Source: Octopus bimaculoides
Taxonomy: Eukaryota
Direction of reading: 5' to 3'
DNA: 64,000 nucleotides
Assembly (NCBI RefSeq): GCF_001194135.2
Contig: NC_068998.1
Location: 13,328,753 to 13,392,752, forward strand
Part shown: positions 38,871 to 53,033 of the stretch, piece after piece
Layout of the letters: the number at the start of each line of letters is the position of its first letter
Numbering within the stretch: position 1 is the first letter of the stretch
Made by a program: the position numbers and the translations under genes
The notes under the pieces: generated by a model
The model's input: only the letters and a program-made list of their open reading frames with translations
Databases searched by the model: none
Told to the model about the DNA's origin: nothing

Positions 38871-39990
38871 TCATTAAGTAGTGTCTACACAGAAAAAAAA
38901 AAAAAGTATAACAAGGGTGTCTATATACTTCTGAGATGTTTATGTATTTCAGTTGACATAAATTGGAAGATCATAATTAAAATGATTTAATTAATGCTTG
39001 ACGAGGGTAAAACTGGGCCTAAACAACCACAACCATACAAAACAAACAAACAACAAAACCTACGTGGCCATTCAGTCTTCAAAATATGACAGCCACATCT
39101 CTCTCTATCATTTTAAGAAAGGAAGAATACATTAGTGTGATGCTGTTCTGAGAGACACCATGTTTGGAAATAAGATGGGTTGGTTGTAACTGGGAATGCG
39201 TTCGATCTAGACCTGGGCTAACAACAATGCCAACAACAAACATACTTGTACACACACAAATGCATGCATGCACACACACCACACGCTAACATTTCGGTTG
39301 TTGAGCATGTTATAGAGTTGAACCACAATTCTTTTCCCCTAACTTGAATAACTATATACTGAATCCTTAAAATAATTAATAGCAAAATTATTGGAGAGAG
39401 ACTACATATATATATATATATACATACACGCATACAAGTATCTCTATCTATATCTTTATATATAGGCATAACAGTGAATGGTGAATAGACATCAATTTGT
39501 CTCAGAAATCATTCCAGCTGCTTCTGCAAGCAAAATTATCTATTCTGCTCAACAGTCAAAAGATTGCGATATATTTGTGTTATATATATGAGGTTCTACA
39601 CATGGTCAATGCACTGTGATGTATTTACTTCATATATATGTATGTATATAGAGAGAGAGAGGGGGAGAGGGAGAGAGAGAGTGAGAGAGAGGGAGGAAGC
39701 GAGTGAGAGAGAAAGATAGATGTGTATACACATATATATATATATATATATAAATATATATGTATGCACATATATGCATATATAAATATATATATATATA
39801 CATATATATGTATGTATGTATGTATTTCAATATGTATATATGCATGTATGTATGCATGTATTTAAATATGTATATATGTATATATATATATATAGAGAGA
39901 GAGAGAGGGGGGGCAAGGGAAAGAGAATGAGTGAGAGAGAAAGATAGATGTGTATATACACATATATGAATATATATGTATGCACAAATA

Positions 39991-40047
<57 letters not shown>

Positions 40048-42354
40048 NNNNNNNNNNATATACATATATATATATATATATGTATGTATGTATATATGTA
40101 TGTATGTATATATACATATATGCTCACATACACATACATTTAGATATAATTATATATGAGAAAGAATAGCTGTTTGACCTTAAAGATCAATTGTTGTACA
40201 GATCATTTGTTTTGTCTTGCAGCTTGCTTCCTGTTGCAGTAAATCAAATGTTCTTGTTTGCTCCTTTTTGCACAACTTTACTGTTCTGGATCAGAATTCT
40301 TTTCCTGTGTTGCTGTATCAACGAATTCGTTAGTACACCAAGGTTAAAGATAATTTAACACTTGCCATACCAATCCACTTGAGACTATCCTCGATAATAG
40401 GATACAAATTTCCTATTTCAAAGTGATCCAAATTAAATCTTTCTATTGAAATTTCATATTTATTTATGCTCCAAAACACCAGCTTGATAATAATGAAGTT
40501 ATTTTACGAAATTTTTCACTATAAGGTGCAGGTATGGGTGTGAAGTAAGAGGCTTGCTTCCAAACCACATGGTTCTAGGTTCAGTCACATTGTGTGACAC
40601 CTTGGGCAAGTGTCTTCTATATATAAAGGTAACCCACTTAGTTGCATTAACAAAGGAATGTGGGTTCACGTCCCAAGTGGATAGGAAGGCCTTCTTTTGT
40701 TCTGTTGAGGGCTTATAATATGCCCCTTTATTAATCTATTTTCCTTAGTCATTGTACGGTGATCATCATAAGCTTTAAGCTTATATATATAAATATATAN
40801 NNNNNNNNNNNNNNNNNNNNNNNNNNNNNNNNNNNNNNNNNNNNNNNNNNNATATATAGCTATTTATATATATATGTATGTGTAAACGAACTTTTGCAGG
40901 AATGGTCGGGGAGAATGTTAGTAATAATTTAGCTGGCAGAGTTTGTTTTCTTTGTTCTGTAATCTACATTTTGTATTCCATGTAAATACACACCTTAAGC
41001 CAACATATATTTATCTGCCTTTCTTTCTTTCTCTCTCTCTCTCTCTCTTTCTTTCTCTCTCTCTCATATATATATAATTTAGTGGTTCAGCAAAAGAGAC
41101 CAATAGAACAACTACCAGGCTTTAATACAGGACAAATCCTATGGTTGATTTGTTCAACTAAAGGCTCTTCAAGGTGGTGCCCCAGCATGGCCACAGTCAA
41201 ATGACTGAAACAAGTAAAAGATAAAAGATACATACATACATATATGATGAGTTTCTGCAGCTTATATCTACCAAATTAACTCACAAGGTATCGGTCAACC
41301 GATGGCTATAGAAGACACATGCCTAAGGTTCTGTGCAGTGTCACTGAACCATCAACCAAGTGATCGCTAAGCAAGCATCTTAACCACACAGCCATGTCCG
41401 CACCTATAGATGCCCTTCCTGATATGAACCCTCTTAGTTTCCTTTTAAGACATTCAGAGATACAGTGTAGTTATCCTAAAAACATGGACACACAACAGAT
41501 TTGTTCACACAAAACATAAAAATAAATATAAGTGAAACCTAAGATTTTATCATTCAGTACGTTGACATGCTAAGCAGTTAAATAGCAACTCTAAAGAAGC
41601 ACCAAAACCCACATAATTATTTATAATTTCTTAAAGAGCTCTGTGATTACCAATGCAACTGCAACATTAACTTAAATTACTGCAGCTAATTAAGAGATAA
41701 TTGTTCTCTGTTTCTTGACGAATCTCTTACGAATTTGCAATTTAAAAGCTTTCTAACGAATGCTGGATATTATGATTGCTGATATGATTTTACAGGAGAA
41801 TGTCATATTAAAAATTCAATAAGAAGTTGGATACTGACAGTTAGTTATTGGTCTAGCATCACATTAGGTGTGCCGTGCAGTTGTAGATTTATATTGCTAT
41901 TATTTATGTATCACTAACATGAATACACATGTGGCTACGTGGTTAAGAAGGCAGATTTACAAGTATGTGGTTACAGGATCAATCCCACTGTACAGACATC
42001 AGGTAATGGGGCTTTTTTCTACAACAGCCCTGGATCCACCAGAATCTTTTGTGTGAAATTTGATAGATGGTAAGTCATACATGTATTTATATATATATAC
42101 ATATACATATGTATATATTAATATTTAGCAGAAGCAACAGAGTGACTCAAGGGGTAAAAGTTTAGTGAACTGGCACTTAGAATGAAGAGCTGTGGATTTA
42201 TAGAGCTGATGGAAAATTATATTTTCCTGGATTGTTCTAGAATGAATTATAAAAGCAATTACAATGACATTTGGATAATTTATATTTTTCAAATAGTTTG
42301 CCTGTTATGTTATTTAAAATGCAAATACATAAATAATATAAATATACATATAAG

Positions 42355-42845
42355 TGCAGGAGTGGCTGTGTGGTAAGTAGCACCGTGGGTGTGAATCTGG
42401 TTGACAGAAACTGAAAGAAGCCCATCATGTGTGTGTGTGTGTGTGTTTTGTGTCTGTGCCTTCGCCATCATCTGACAACCACATGGTTCCAGGTTCAGTT
42501 CCACTGCATGGCAAATTTGGCAAGTGTCCTCTACTATAGCCTTGGGCCACCCAAAGCCTTCTGAGTGGATTTGGTAGATGGAAACTGAAAGAAGCCCATT
42601 GTGTATGTATATATATATATATATATGTTTGTGTGTCTGTGTTTGTCCACCCAACATCGCTTGACAACTGATGCTGGTGTGTTTACGTCCCCATAACTTA
42701 GCAGTTTGGCAAGAGACAAATAGAATAAGTACTAGGCTTACAAAGAATAGGTCCTGGGGTCGAATTGTTCGTCTTCTGCTATAGCTTCGGGTTGACCAAA
42801 GCCTTGTGAGTGAATTTGATTGACGGAAACTGAAAGAAGCCCATC

Positions 42846-42902
<57 letters not shown>

Positions 42903-43090
42903 TTGTCCTACCATCACTTGATAACCGATGTTGGTGTGTTTACATCCCCGTAATTTAGCAGTTCATCAAAAGAGCCCAACAAAATAAGTACTAGGCTTAC
43001 AAAGAATAAGTCCTGGGGTCGAATTGTTCGACCAAAAGGCGGTGCTCCAGCATGGCCACAATCAAACGACTGAAACAAGTAAAAGAATAA
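42355..43090 (+). mobile_element. Three-part concatemer of SINE family A
   Basis: Repeated head, core and tail blocks with junctions at about 42478 and 42775. Confidence 0.8.
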
Positions 43091-43443
43091 ATAAAAGAAA
43101 TAAGAACGATCCATGTTAAACAATACAAATGGAAACCTGTAACATTCAGTCAAAGGTCAAAAGAGAAATAAAACGTCTTGAATTTGACATGCTCAAAAAA
43201 GAAATACTATATTTGAAAGGTAGTGCTCCAGCATGACTGCAGTCTCATGACTGAAATTAGTGACAGAAAAGAAAAAAAAAATATGAGAATGCCAACAAAA
43301 CAGGTATCTCCTTAAAATAATTTTTGCCATGTTGAAATGTCACTTATTATTGAAGCTAAAGTATATCATAAGATGTTTTGAAGATACTAAAAGGTCTTCT
43401 AGTGTTTGATTCCCAAAAATTTGTCTGTATTATTTTCCCCTGC

Positions 43444-43496
<53 letters not shown>

Positions 43497-43506
43497 CACA
43501 AATACA

Positions 43507-43542
<36 letters not shown>

Positions 43543-43960
43543 AGAATACATTCATAAGACTGGATTGTTTTCTTGTCAACGTCCTTGCTCAAGTGATATT
43601 CCCTGAGGAATCTTCAAAAGGTCATAGAAAAGAATTGAGCACTGACTCATAACATTATATATAAGGGAAGCTAAAGGACATCCTCTTCATCACCATCATC
43701 AACAGCGTCATCATCATCACTGTCACTATTGTCATCGTCATCATCATCATCATCATTTTAACCTTCATTTTACCATGTTCATGCAGATTGAACTATGTGC
43801 AACATTGCATAATGCTATTTCTTATTATTATTTCTGTATTACCTTGTCCATAAATTCCACTTATTCTCTCTGTATTGAGTGCACACACGCACACACATAC
43901 AAGCACACACACATACACACACACAGATATATATACGTGTTTGTATATGTATATATATTC

Positions 43961-44033
<73 letters not shown>

Positions 44034-45076
44034 ATTTCTTCACTGCCCACAATATGTATACATATATATATATATGTATATATACATACATATATATATA
44101 TATAATGTATGTATGTGTGTGTGTGCATTCAGATTATGTGTATACACACACACACAGGCATACGTATGTATCATACATATTTACATGTACATAAATACAT
44201 AGATACATAAATAGATATACATACACGTGTTCATACGTATATACATGCACACACACACACACACGCACATAGAAATATACATTAAAAATCCCAGCATATA
44301 AAAGTCAGCATTCTATACTCTGGACAATGTTCTGTTTCTTTATGTCGAGCGTATGAAAGATGGAACAGTTTCCAGAGAATGATAAACAAGTCAAGTAGCC
44401 AACCTGTCCATTTGCTGCAAACTAATTACCATAAATCCAGCAGGCTGCAAAGAATACTTCTTATTGAAATTCATATTTGGTCATTCCAGGTTTGGTCAAA
44501 TCCAGAATCACAAGAAAACAGAGGGGATCTGGGTTGGCAACTAAATAGCCTAAAGGAAACGTGGAAGTTAAGATAAGAGTTATTACGCTGTGTAACACAC
44601 GATCTTTGTACTTGGGTAGCAAATATCATTTTCTATTCACTGACCCCTAGAAAGTATGAAAAATAGCTGGCGGAATTCTGCTTTAAGCACCCCAAGCTTT
44701 TTATTGCAATTACACAAAAACCAAAAACATATTTTAGGGAGAGTGATTTAATGGCTATTTAGCTGTTACTTTTAGCACATCTCATGACCACTTGATATCC
44801 TCTTCATATGTTTGCCACTGACGTATTGATGTTTTTCAATATCTTTCTCCTCATATATTTACCATATTTTAAACTGTGATTTAAAAAAAAAAAATTTTAA
44901 TAAAACAGAAAATTTTTTAAATCAAAAAAAAATTTTTTTATTGTTTTCGTAGTTGCATGAATGTCTGTGTGTAGAAAACAAATTCCAAAACTTCTCTGAA
45001 TATTCCAAAACATGAAAAGGAATTCCATCAAATGGCTATTATTTCCTCCAAACTTTGCTTTTCTTATATTTATTCA

Positions 45077-45242
45077 AACCCCAAAGAATCCGTCTTAACA
45101 TATGGTTATCATGCTCCCCACCCCACTTCTGCTCATGATTAGAGATGCACATATTATCAGCCACTAATGGACATATTCAACTAGTTATGGTCAAGCAACT
45201 GACAAGCAAATCTGTGGTATTGAGCAGGATATTTGCTATAAC
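45077..45242 (-). mobile_element. Repeat family F fragment, inverted relative to 45450-45870
   Basis: Reverse-complement similarity to 45460-45625, including GCTCAATACCACAGATTTGCTTGTCAGTTG. Confidence 0.8.
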
Positions 45243-45449
45243 AATATTTTTGCTTCAGCAACTCAGCACTGAATTTGTCTGAAATGTAATGGAAAATAAG
45301 TCAGTTTCAAAACATTGATGTCCAGAGCACAAAAGCTTACTTTGAAGGAAATAGTAGCAATTTCCTCTGGAAATAACACTTACTGACCAAAGACAAAAAC
45401 AGTAATGATGATGATGATGATAATAATGATAATTATAATTGTCTTTGTA

Positions 45450-45868
45450 TCAAAGATGGGCTACAGCAAATATTCTGCTCAATACCACAGATTTGCTTGT
45501 CAGTTGTTTGACCTTAACCAGATGAGCATGACCCTTGGTGGCTGACGATATGTGCATCTCTGATCACGAGCAGAAGTAGTTGGGGAACATCATAGCCATG
45601 TGTTGTGAGGAATTCTTTGTGGTTTGGCTAATTCACCTCTGGAGACATGGGTGTTTTATTCAACATCCTTAAATAACCCTTATTCAGGGACCTTTTGAGC
45701 GGGATGGACTACTTGACCTGAAGAAAATGATATCACCATGTCATGCACATATGGTTGTGATGCATGTGCCCATTGCACCCTTACCAGACGGGTAGTCATG
45801 ATGGATATACTGGGCTTCGTATATTTTAGCTCAGTGTCACTTTGATGGCATGCACTGCTCTCTCACTC

Positions 45869-45870
<2 letters not shown>
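45450..45870 (+). mobile_element. Repeat family F, longest copy, (AAT)n-like sequence on both sides; partial copy at 48655-48830
   Basis: Ends CTCTCTCACTC(AAT)n; matches 7431-7735. Confidence 0.8.
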
Positions 45871-45904
<34 letters not shown>

Positions 45905-46074
45905 CTTATTGTTTAGATTACTCTTGTACACTGTGAACAGCTGGAAAATGGTGAAAGAGGGAACAGATAGCAGCAATAAGTCAAGTAAAGATAGATTGTA
46001 AAGACAGCCAAAAGAATATGTACCGTTCATAGGACATAATACAAAAAGACAGAAAAGTGAACAGCAAAACAACC

Positions 46075-46303
46075 TTAACCCTTTTGTCACTGTACTTATT
46101 TTGAGATGCTCTGTTTTTCTTTCTATTATTTTAAATATAACAAAGAATTTAGTAAAATAACTTAGTTATCATTAAGCTAGTGTTAGGAACATAAACAGTG
46201 ACTAAGGTTTGCTGGAGGATTTTAATTTGTAACATATGCAAACAAGACATTTGTACTACAGAGCCAGAGGTGGTTTCAGCCGGGTTAGTATTGAAAGGGT
46301 TAC
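46075..46303. mobile_element. TTAA/CCCTTT-ended MITE, second family; related end at about 13170
   Basis: TTAACCCTTT...AAAGGGTTAC termini, non-coding interior. Confidence 0.6.
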
Positions 46304-46837
46304 AGGGGAAAGAAAAGACAGTCAAGACAGTGTAATATTGGCTAATTTCGGGAAGCATGGGATTTACGAAGAATTGTTTCACCATTTTTCTATGATGTGA
46401 GGTTTCAAGGAATTTGGCTGTTCTTGTTATTAGATCAAGCAGCCACGTAGAATCGACTACCTGGCATGAGAACAAATCAGGATGTCTAGGCTGGTGCAGA
46501 GATAAGCGATAAATGTATGCAAGAACATACAACTGTGATGATTTTAGTATATTACTCTGATAGAATGTGGGATGAAGAGATAATTAAATGAATGACAGTT
46601 ATATATTAATCTGTATGTCAACAGCATAACAGGACCGATATTTTCATGGTTGACCTGAGCACCTTTAATAGCCATGGGCATCTCAATTTTTCAAATATAA
46701 TTATCATATATATCACTTAATGTATACATACATACATAGATACACACATTCATATATATATATACACACACACACATATATAATATATATATATATATAT
46801 ACATACACATACATTCATAATATATATATATACACAG

Positions 46838-46942
46838 GAGTGGTGGTATGGTAAGCAGCTTGCTTACCAACCACATGGTTCTGGGTTCAGTCCCTCTGTG
46901 TGGCATCTTGTATATGTACCGTTCATAGGACATAATACATCG

Positions 46943-46973
<31 letters not shown>

Positions 46974-47070
46974 ATGTATGTGTGTGTGTGTATGTGTGTG
47001 TGTGTATGTGTGTGTGTATGTGTGTGTGCGTGTATGTCTATGTTTGTCCCCCTCAAACTTCGCTTGATAA
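46838..47070 (+). mobile_element. SINE family A with internal deletion filled by a 28-bp local copy
   Basis: Core after TGGCATCTTG is replaced by 46912-46939, which is identical to 46016-46043. Confidence 0.85.
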
Positions 47071-48563
47071 CATACAGAAAATTGCACCACTGGGCACTGC
47101 ACACATCCTACGCGAAACGCTTCTAATACAGTAACCATAAGAACATCACAGCAAACCATAGCACATACCCAAAGCACACAGAGCTGCGCTCAGTAGTGAA
47201 GTGAAAGTACATTATGAAAATAAGACTACTGAATAATAATAATTATAATAGTAGTAGTAGTAGTAGTAGTAATGATAATAATAATAATAATAATAATCCT
47301 TTCTGTTAAAGACACAAGGCCTGAAATATGAATATAGAGTAAGTTGATTACCTCAATTCCAGTGCTGAAGAGATACTCATGTATTCAACCCCAAAATATT
47401 GTAAGGCAAAGCTGACCTCAGTGGAATTTGAACTCAGAGCATAAGGACTGATTAAATGCTGCTGAGCATTTTTCGGTGTGCTAACGATTCTGCCAGTTCA
47501 CCACTTTTAATAATGATGATGATGATGAAGATAAAAAAGGGAAAAAGGGGTAAAAGGAAAAGATTTTGATAAAGAAAATCAATTCCAGATGATTAGCGAA
47601 AAACTGGACATTTTATAACTTCAAAAAACTTTTAATGTTTGGATCAAACAATAAGAAAATGATATTGCAGTGGAAACTTAATGAAATTCCGTTCTTGATT
47701 GTCAGGCCTACTGTCAAACACTCCTTGTATGTAATGATGTAGGACAGTTTTGGTTACAATAGAATTGGGATATTGTATAGTCTAGAATGAGATTTATTGC
47801 TAAAACTGAATAGTTAACCAATTTATCAGAAACTTTAATCAAACTGACAGAAAGAAGAAAAAAAATGATTTATCAATAGTGAATGCTTGATGTTACAACA
47901 GAGCTAGTGTACTCACAATACCCCTAGGCAGTGTCTTGTGTGGATGCAGCGTAACCAGATGGTTAAAATGTTTGTTTTGTAGTCATGAGTTCTCGGGTTC
48001 AGTTCCACTGAGTGGATTCTTGGACAAGTGTCTTTTGCCATTGACTTGTGAGCAATACAAGTTTTCTATGTGACAGAATCTGTGTGATAGCTTATTGGAT
48101 GAATTGAACCTGTAATTCAATGATATTCACCATGTTATTCACCCTGTCATTCTGATACTATTTGAGAATCATAATAAGGGTTAAACATCCATGTGGAATA
48201 TCACTATCTTTTACCTTAACTTGTTTCAATCATTGGACAGTGGCCATGCCAAGGCACCACCATCACTGGTTTAATTAAACAATCGACCCCTGTATTTACT
48301 ATTTTTTTTTAAAGTCTGGTACATATTCTATCAGTCACTTTTGTTGAACGACAAACGCTTTGGGGACATAAACAAACGAACACAAGTTGTCAAACAATTG
48401 GTTGTGGTGGTGGTGGTGGAGGGCAGTAGAAACCATACCAAAGATGACACTGAATTTTAATGCAACCCTGCAGTTCACTGGTTCCTTGCCAAACCGTTTT
48501 AACCATGCCAATATGAAATATTAAATGCTGCTGCTGATATATATATTTATGTAACATGAAGTG

Positions 48564-48625
<62 letters not shown>

Positions 48626-49336
48626 ACATGATGCTGTGAGTAGCAAGAGAGTGTCAATAGAACTCAGGTTAAATAAGCACTACAATGCACCAATCTAGCA
48701 GAAATTTCATTGATCTTAACCAGCTGATCATGTCCCTTAGTGGCTGACAATATGCTTCTCTGATCACAAGCAGAAGTAATGAGAGAGCATCATAGCCATG
48801 TGTTTGAGAGAAATTCTTTGGGGTTTGAATGATAATAATAATAATGATGATAATAATGATAATAATAACGACAACAACAACAACAACAGCAACAATAATT
48901 ATAATTCCCTGATGCAGTCCCAGGCAACGGCTCTCATATATATGTATGTATATATGTATGTATGTATATAGACGGTCCCAGTTAGTTTTGAGAGGGAAGA
49001 TTCAATTGTTCAGTTAACAAGATTATCAACTCTTGAATCCCTGTGTAATTGATTGAGCATTTATTTCCCAGACACACATAATTCTCAGGTAGAGTCAGTA
49101 TGACTCAGTCAAAAGCAAAAATTGATCAATCCCAGCAGGACTTGAAAACAGAACCTACATGGATGGCACTCGAACTGATCTTGTCAGTTCCAATGCATCA
49201 CCCTTGCATTAATTATTAAAAAATCCCTTTGCAGTATTTGCTTTCACGTGCACATTTAACAGTATGTTAATTTTCAAAACTGTTGCTACATTATGGATAA
49301 AATAGGTTTCTTGGTTTAAAAATATATAACCATATA

Positions 49337-49394
<58 letters not shown>

Positions 49395-49924
49395 TGCACA
49401 CTTCCATATACTTATACAAACTTAATTCTAGTATAATTATATATTGATTAACACAGCACAGTGTTAATGCTATTCATTTTAATACAGACTAGGAAGTTGG
49501 GTTTTATTTTTGTAATTTATAATATATTTTCAAAAATATTTCATCCTTCATTCGTCAACTATCCAGTTTTTATAATTATCAGGTGATCTCTATTAACTTT
49601 TAACAATTGCACTGTCAACAGCAAAATGTTCATGATACGAACAGGAGTAGTTGACAGAATTCTGTACAGCAAATAGAAGCATTTAGAGCGAGAAGTTGAG
49701 CACCTATAAGACCCAGGTAAACCCTGATTGATCAGATCTATAACCATCTAGCATTCTAACTGTGACTGCTCTCACTTTCATTCTGACAGAGTTTATAAAG
49801 GACTATATTAACCCATATATGTTTTATTTACTTTTTAAGACGGTAAACCATAATGTCCAAATCAGTTTCATAAAATATAAAACAAAATCTTCAAAATGTA
49901 GTGAACTGTATTAAAATGAAATTG

Positions 49925-50228
49925 TTAATGTGTTGGCAAGTATTGATTTATTCTCATGCACTATGTAAATTTTCTTTCACAGTGCATATGGGAATCAACT
50001 ACTCAGAACACCATAAAAAGTAATATGCTGATTAATTGGGAAATTTGGCCAAAGAAAGAGAGGAGAGTACTTATTGGCCAAAGAAACAAGAGAGTACTTA
50101 TTAGAAAATTCTCAAATTAATCAGTATGTAGCATTTTACAATGTTCTGAGGAATTGATTACCATAAGCACTGTGAAGCAAAATTTTCATAGTGCATAACA
50201 ATAAATCGATAGTTTCTAAATGTTAACG
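49925..50228. mobile_element. Long-TIR foldback MITE, arms of about 120 bp
   Basis: 49925-50045 versus reverse complement of 50105-50228 clearly similar (ATGCACTATG...TTCACAGTGC...CTCAGAACA...CTGATTAATT); centre has a duplicated GGCCAAAGAAA...GAGAGTACTTATT. Confidence 0.75.
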
Positions 50229-50779
50229 ATATGATGCAAGAGAGTTTAAAACAAGAAATGATGAAACAATTGTAAACAACGTATTAAAAGAATATTGCTA
50301 ACTCCATTCTTCAATATTCTTACTATAAAATACTCCATAAGTATTCACGGATTTTTCTATTTATTGGAGCAATGGCTTCATAAGGAGGTTCCTACCTTTA
50401 AGCTTTCAGACAGCCACTATCCATAGAAGTGCAACATGAGGTTAATGCTTGGATCATATATCCCAACTCATGTGCATTTACACATTCACACATATGCCAA
50501 CCTCACAGTTGTCTTCCTTGCCACTTATACATATAGTGACCTCTTTACAATCTCTGATCATTTCAGCATGTCATAACCATTAGAAACAAATGAGTTCCTT
50601 TCTCCATTTTTCTCTCCAATTCTTATCTCCATTTCTATATTTTCATAAGAAGAGTATATACTTGAAGCATAAAAGACTTCTCTGTCTAGATTTTTCTATT
50701 TCCTGACTGTAAACTTAATACACACTGTTTGTTTATTCCTTTTATCTCATCTTCAAGTTATGTACTTTTTGCACCATAT

Positions 50780-50834
<55 letters not shown>

Positions 50835-51579
50835 NNNNNNNNNNNNNNNNNNNNNNNNNNNNNNNNNNNNNNNNNNNNNNNNNNNNNNNNNNNNNNNNNN
50901 NNNNNNNNNNNNNNNNNNNNNNNNNNNNNNNNNNNNNNNNNNNNNNNNNNNNNNNNNNNNNNNNNNNNNNNNNNNNNNNNNNNNNNNNNNNNNNNNNNNN
51001 NNNNNNNNNNNNNNNNNNNNNNNNNNNNNNNNNNNNNNNNNNNNNNNNNNNNNNNNNNNNNNNNNNNNNNNNNNNNNNNNNNNNNNNNNNNNNNNNNNNN
51101 NNNNNNNNNNNNNNNNNNNNNNNNNNNNNNNNNNNNNNNNNNNNNNNNNNNNNNNNNNNNNNNNNNNNNNNNNNNNNNNNNNNNNNNNNNNNNNNNNNNN
51201 NNNNNNNNNNNNNNNNNNNNNNNNNNNNNNNNNNNNNNNNNNNNNNNNNNNNNNNNNNNNNNNNNNNNNNNNNNNNNNNNNNNNNNNNNNNNNNNNNNNN
51301 NNNNNNNNNNNNNNNNNNNNNNNNNNNNNNNNNNNNNNNNNNNNNNNNNNNNNNNNNNNNNNNNNNNNNNNNNNNNNNNNNNNNNNNNNNNNNNNNNNNN
51401 NNNNNNNNNNNNNNNNNNNNNNNNNNNNNNNNNNNNNNNNNNNNNNNNNNNNNNNNNNNNNNNNNNNNNNNNNNNNNNNNNNNNNNNNNNNNNNNNNNNN
51501 NNNNNNNNNNNNNNNNNNNNNNNNNNNNNNNCGAACCGCTAAGTTACGGATATGTATATATTTCTTTGTCTTCTTTTTG

Positions 51580-51938
51580 ATTTGCATCAGTCATTTGACT
51601 GCGACCATGCTGGAGCACTGCCTTTAGTCGAACAAATCAACCCTAGTACTTATTCCATCAATCTCTTTTGCCGAACCACTAAGTTATGGGGATGTAAACA
51701 CACCAACATCCGTTGTCAATTGATGGTGGGGGACAAACACAGACACATAAACACACACACACACACACACACACACAACAGACTTCTTTCAGTTTCCGTC
51801 TCCCAAATCCACTCACAAGGCTTTGGTTGGCTTGAGGCTATAGTAGAAGACACTTGCCCAAGATGCCATGCAGTGGAACTGAACCTGGAACCATGTGGTT
51901 GGTAAGCAAGCTACTTCCCACATAGCCACTCCTGCACC
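51580..51938 (-). mobile_element. SINE family A, full length
   Basis: Reverse-complement match to all blocks. Confidence 0.88.
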
Positions 51939-53033
51939 AATACACATATATGTTCATACATATACACATACGTACATATGTATATAAGAGAGCAAGAAAA
52001 TTAAATAATTAACTAATAATAATTGTACATCTATCAATGTAACTTTTACACAACCAAAGCCTCTTTTTAAGTCTACAATAATTAAAAAAATCTTTTAGAG
52101 TCCAATATTGATAAATCTTTATAAAAAAATCTAATTTTTACTATCTTTCTTTTTTCAATGTTGTTAACATCTACTTTATTAAATAACAAAATCTATCTTA
52201 ATTCACTGTAATATATACTTCTTGTCTACATCTTTGAAATTATTCATTCCTGACTTGTGATTCCACACTTGATTATTCATTTATATCTTGCATCAAAAGG
52301 AATACACCTAGAGGCAAATTTTAGTTCTGCATACAAATTACATTTGTAATTTTTTTTTTTTTTTTTGATAACATAAACTAAACATACACTGATCTTCATG
52401 TCAATTATAAAACTTATCACAGTTCTCCATTTTTGCAAATTTGTTGTATTTGTAGCTTTCGGTTATTTTTTTATTTTTTATTTTTTGATAATGTTTAAGC
52501 TAACAAAATTAAGCAGTAACCAATTTGAAGCGGGCAACATAGAGGTCATTAATAACTACTCTTTTAATGGATAAATTAGAATTTCAAAAACATTAATAAC
52601 CAGAAAGAGATAAAATGNNNNNNNNNNNNNNNNNNNNNNNNNNNNNNNNNNNNNNNNNNNNNNNNNNNNNNNNNNNNNNNNNNNNNNNNNNNNNNNNNNN
52701 NNNNNNNNNNNNNNNNNNNNNNNNNNNNNNNNNNNNNNNNNNNNNNNNNNNNNNNNNNNNNNNNNNNNNNNNNNNNNNNNNNNNNNNNNNNNNNNNNNNN
52801 NNNNNNNNNNNNNNNNNNNNNNNNNNNNNNNNNNNNNNNNNNNNNNNNNNNNNNNNNNNNNNNNNNNNNNNNNNNNNNNNNNNNNNNNNNNNNNNNNNNN
52901 NNNNNNNNNNNNNNNNNNNNNNNNNNNNNNNNNNNNNNNNNNNNNNNNNNNNNNNNNNNNNNNNNNNNNNNNNNNNNNNNNNNNNNNNNNNNNNNNNNNN
53001 NNNNNNNNNNNNNNNNNNNNNNNNNNNNNNNNN

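Noticed and set aside
40702-40730. CTGTTGA followed by a GGGC/GCCC hairpin
   Set aside because: Core differs from CUGAUGA, no GAAA follows, and no stem I partner was found.
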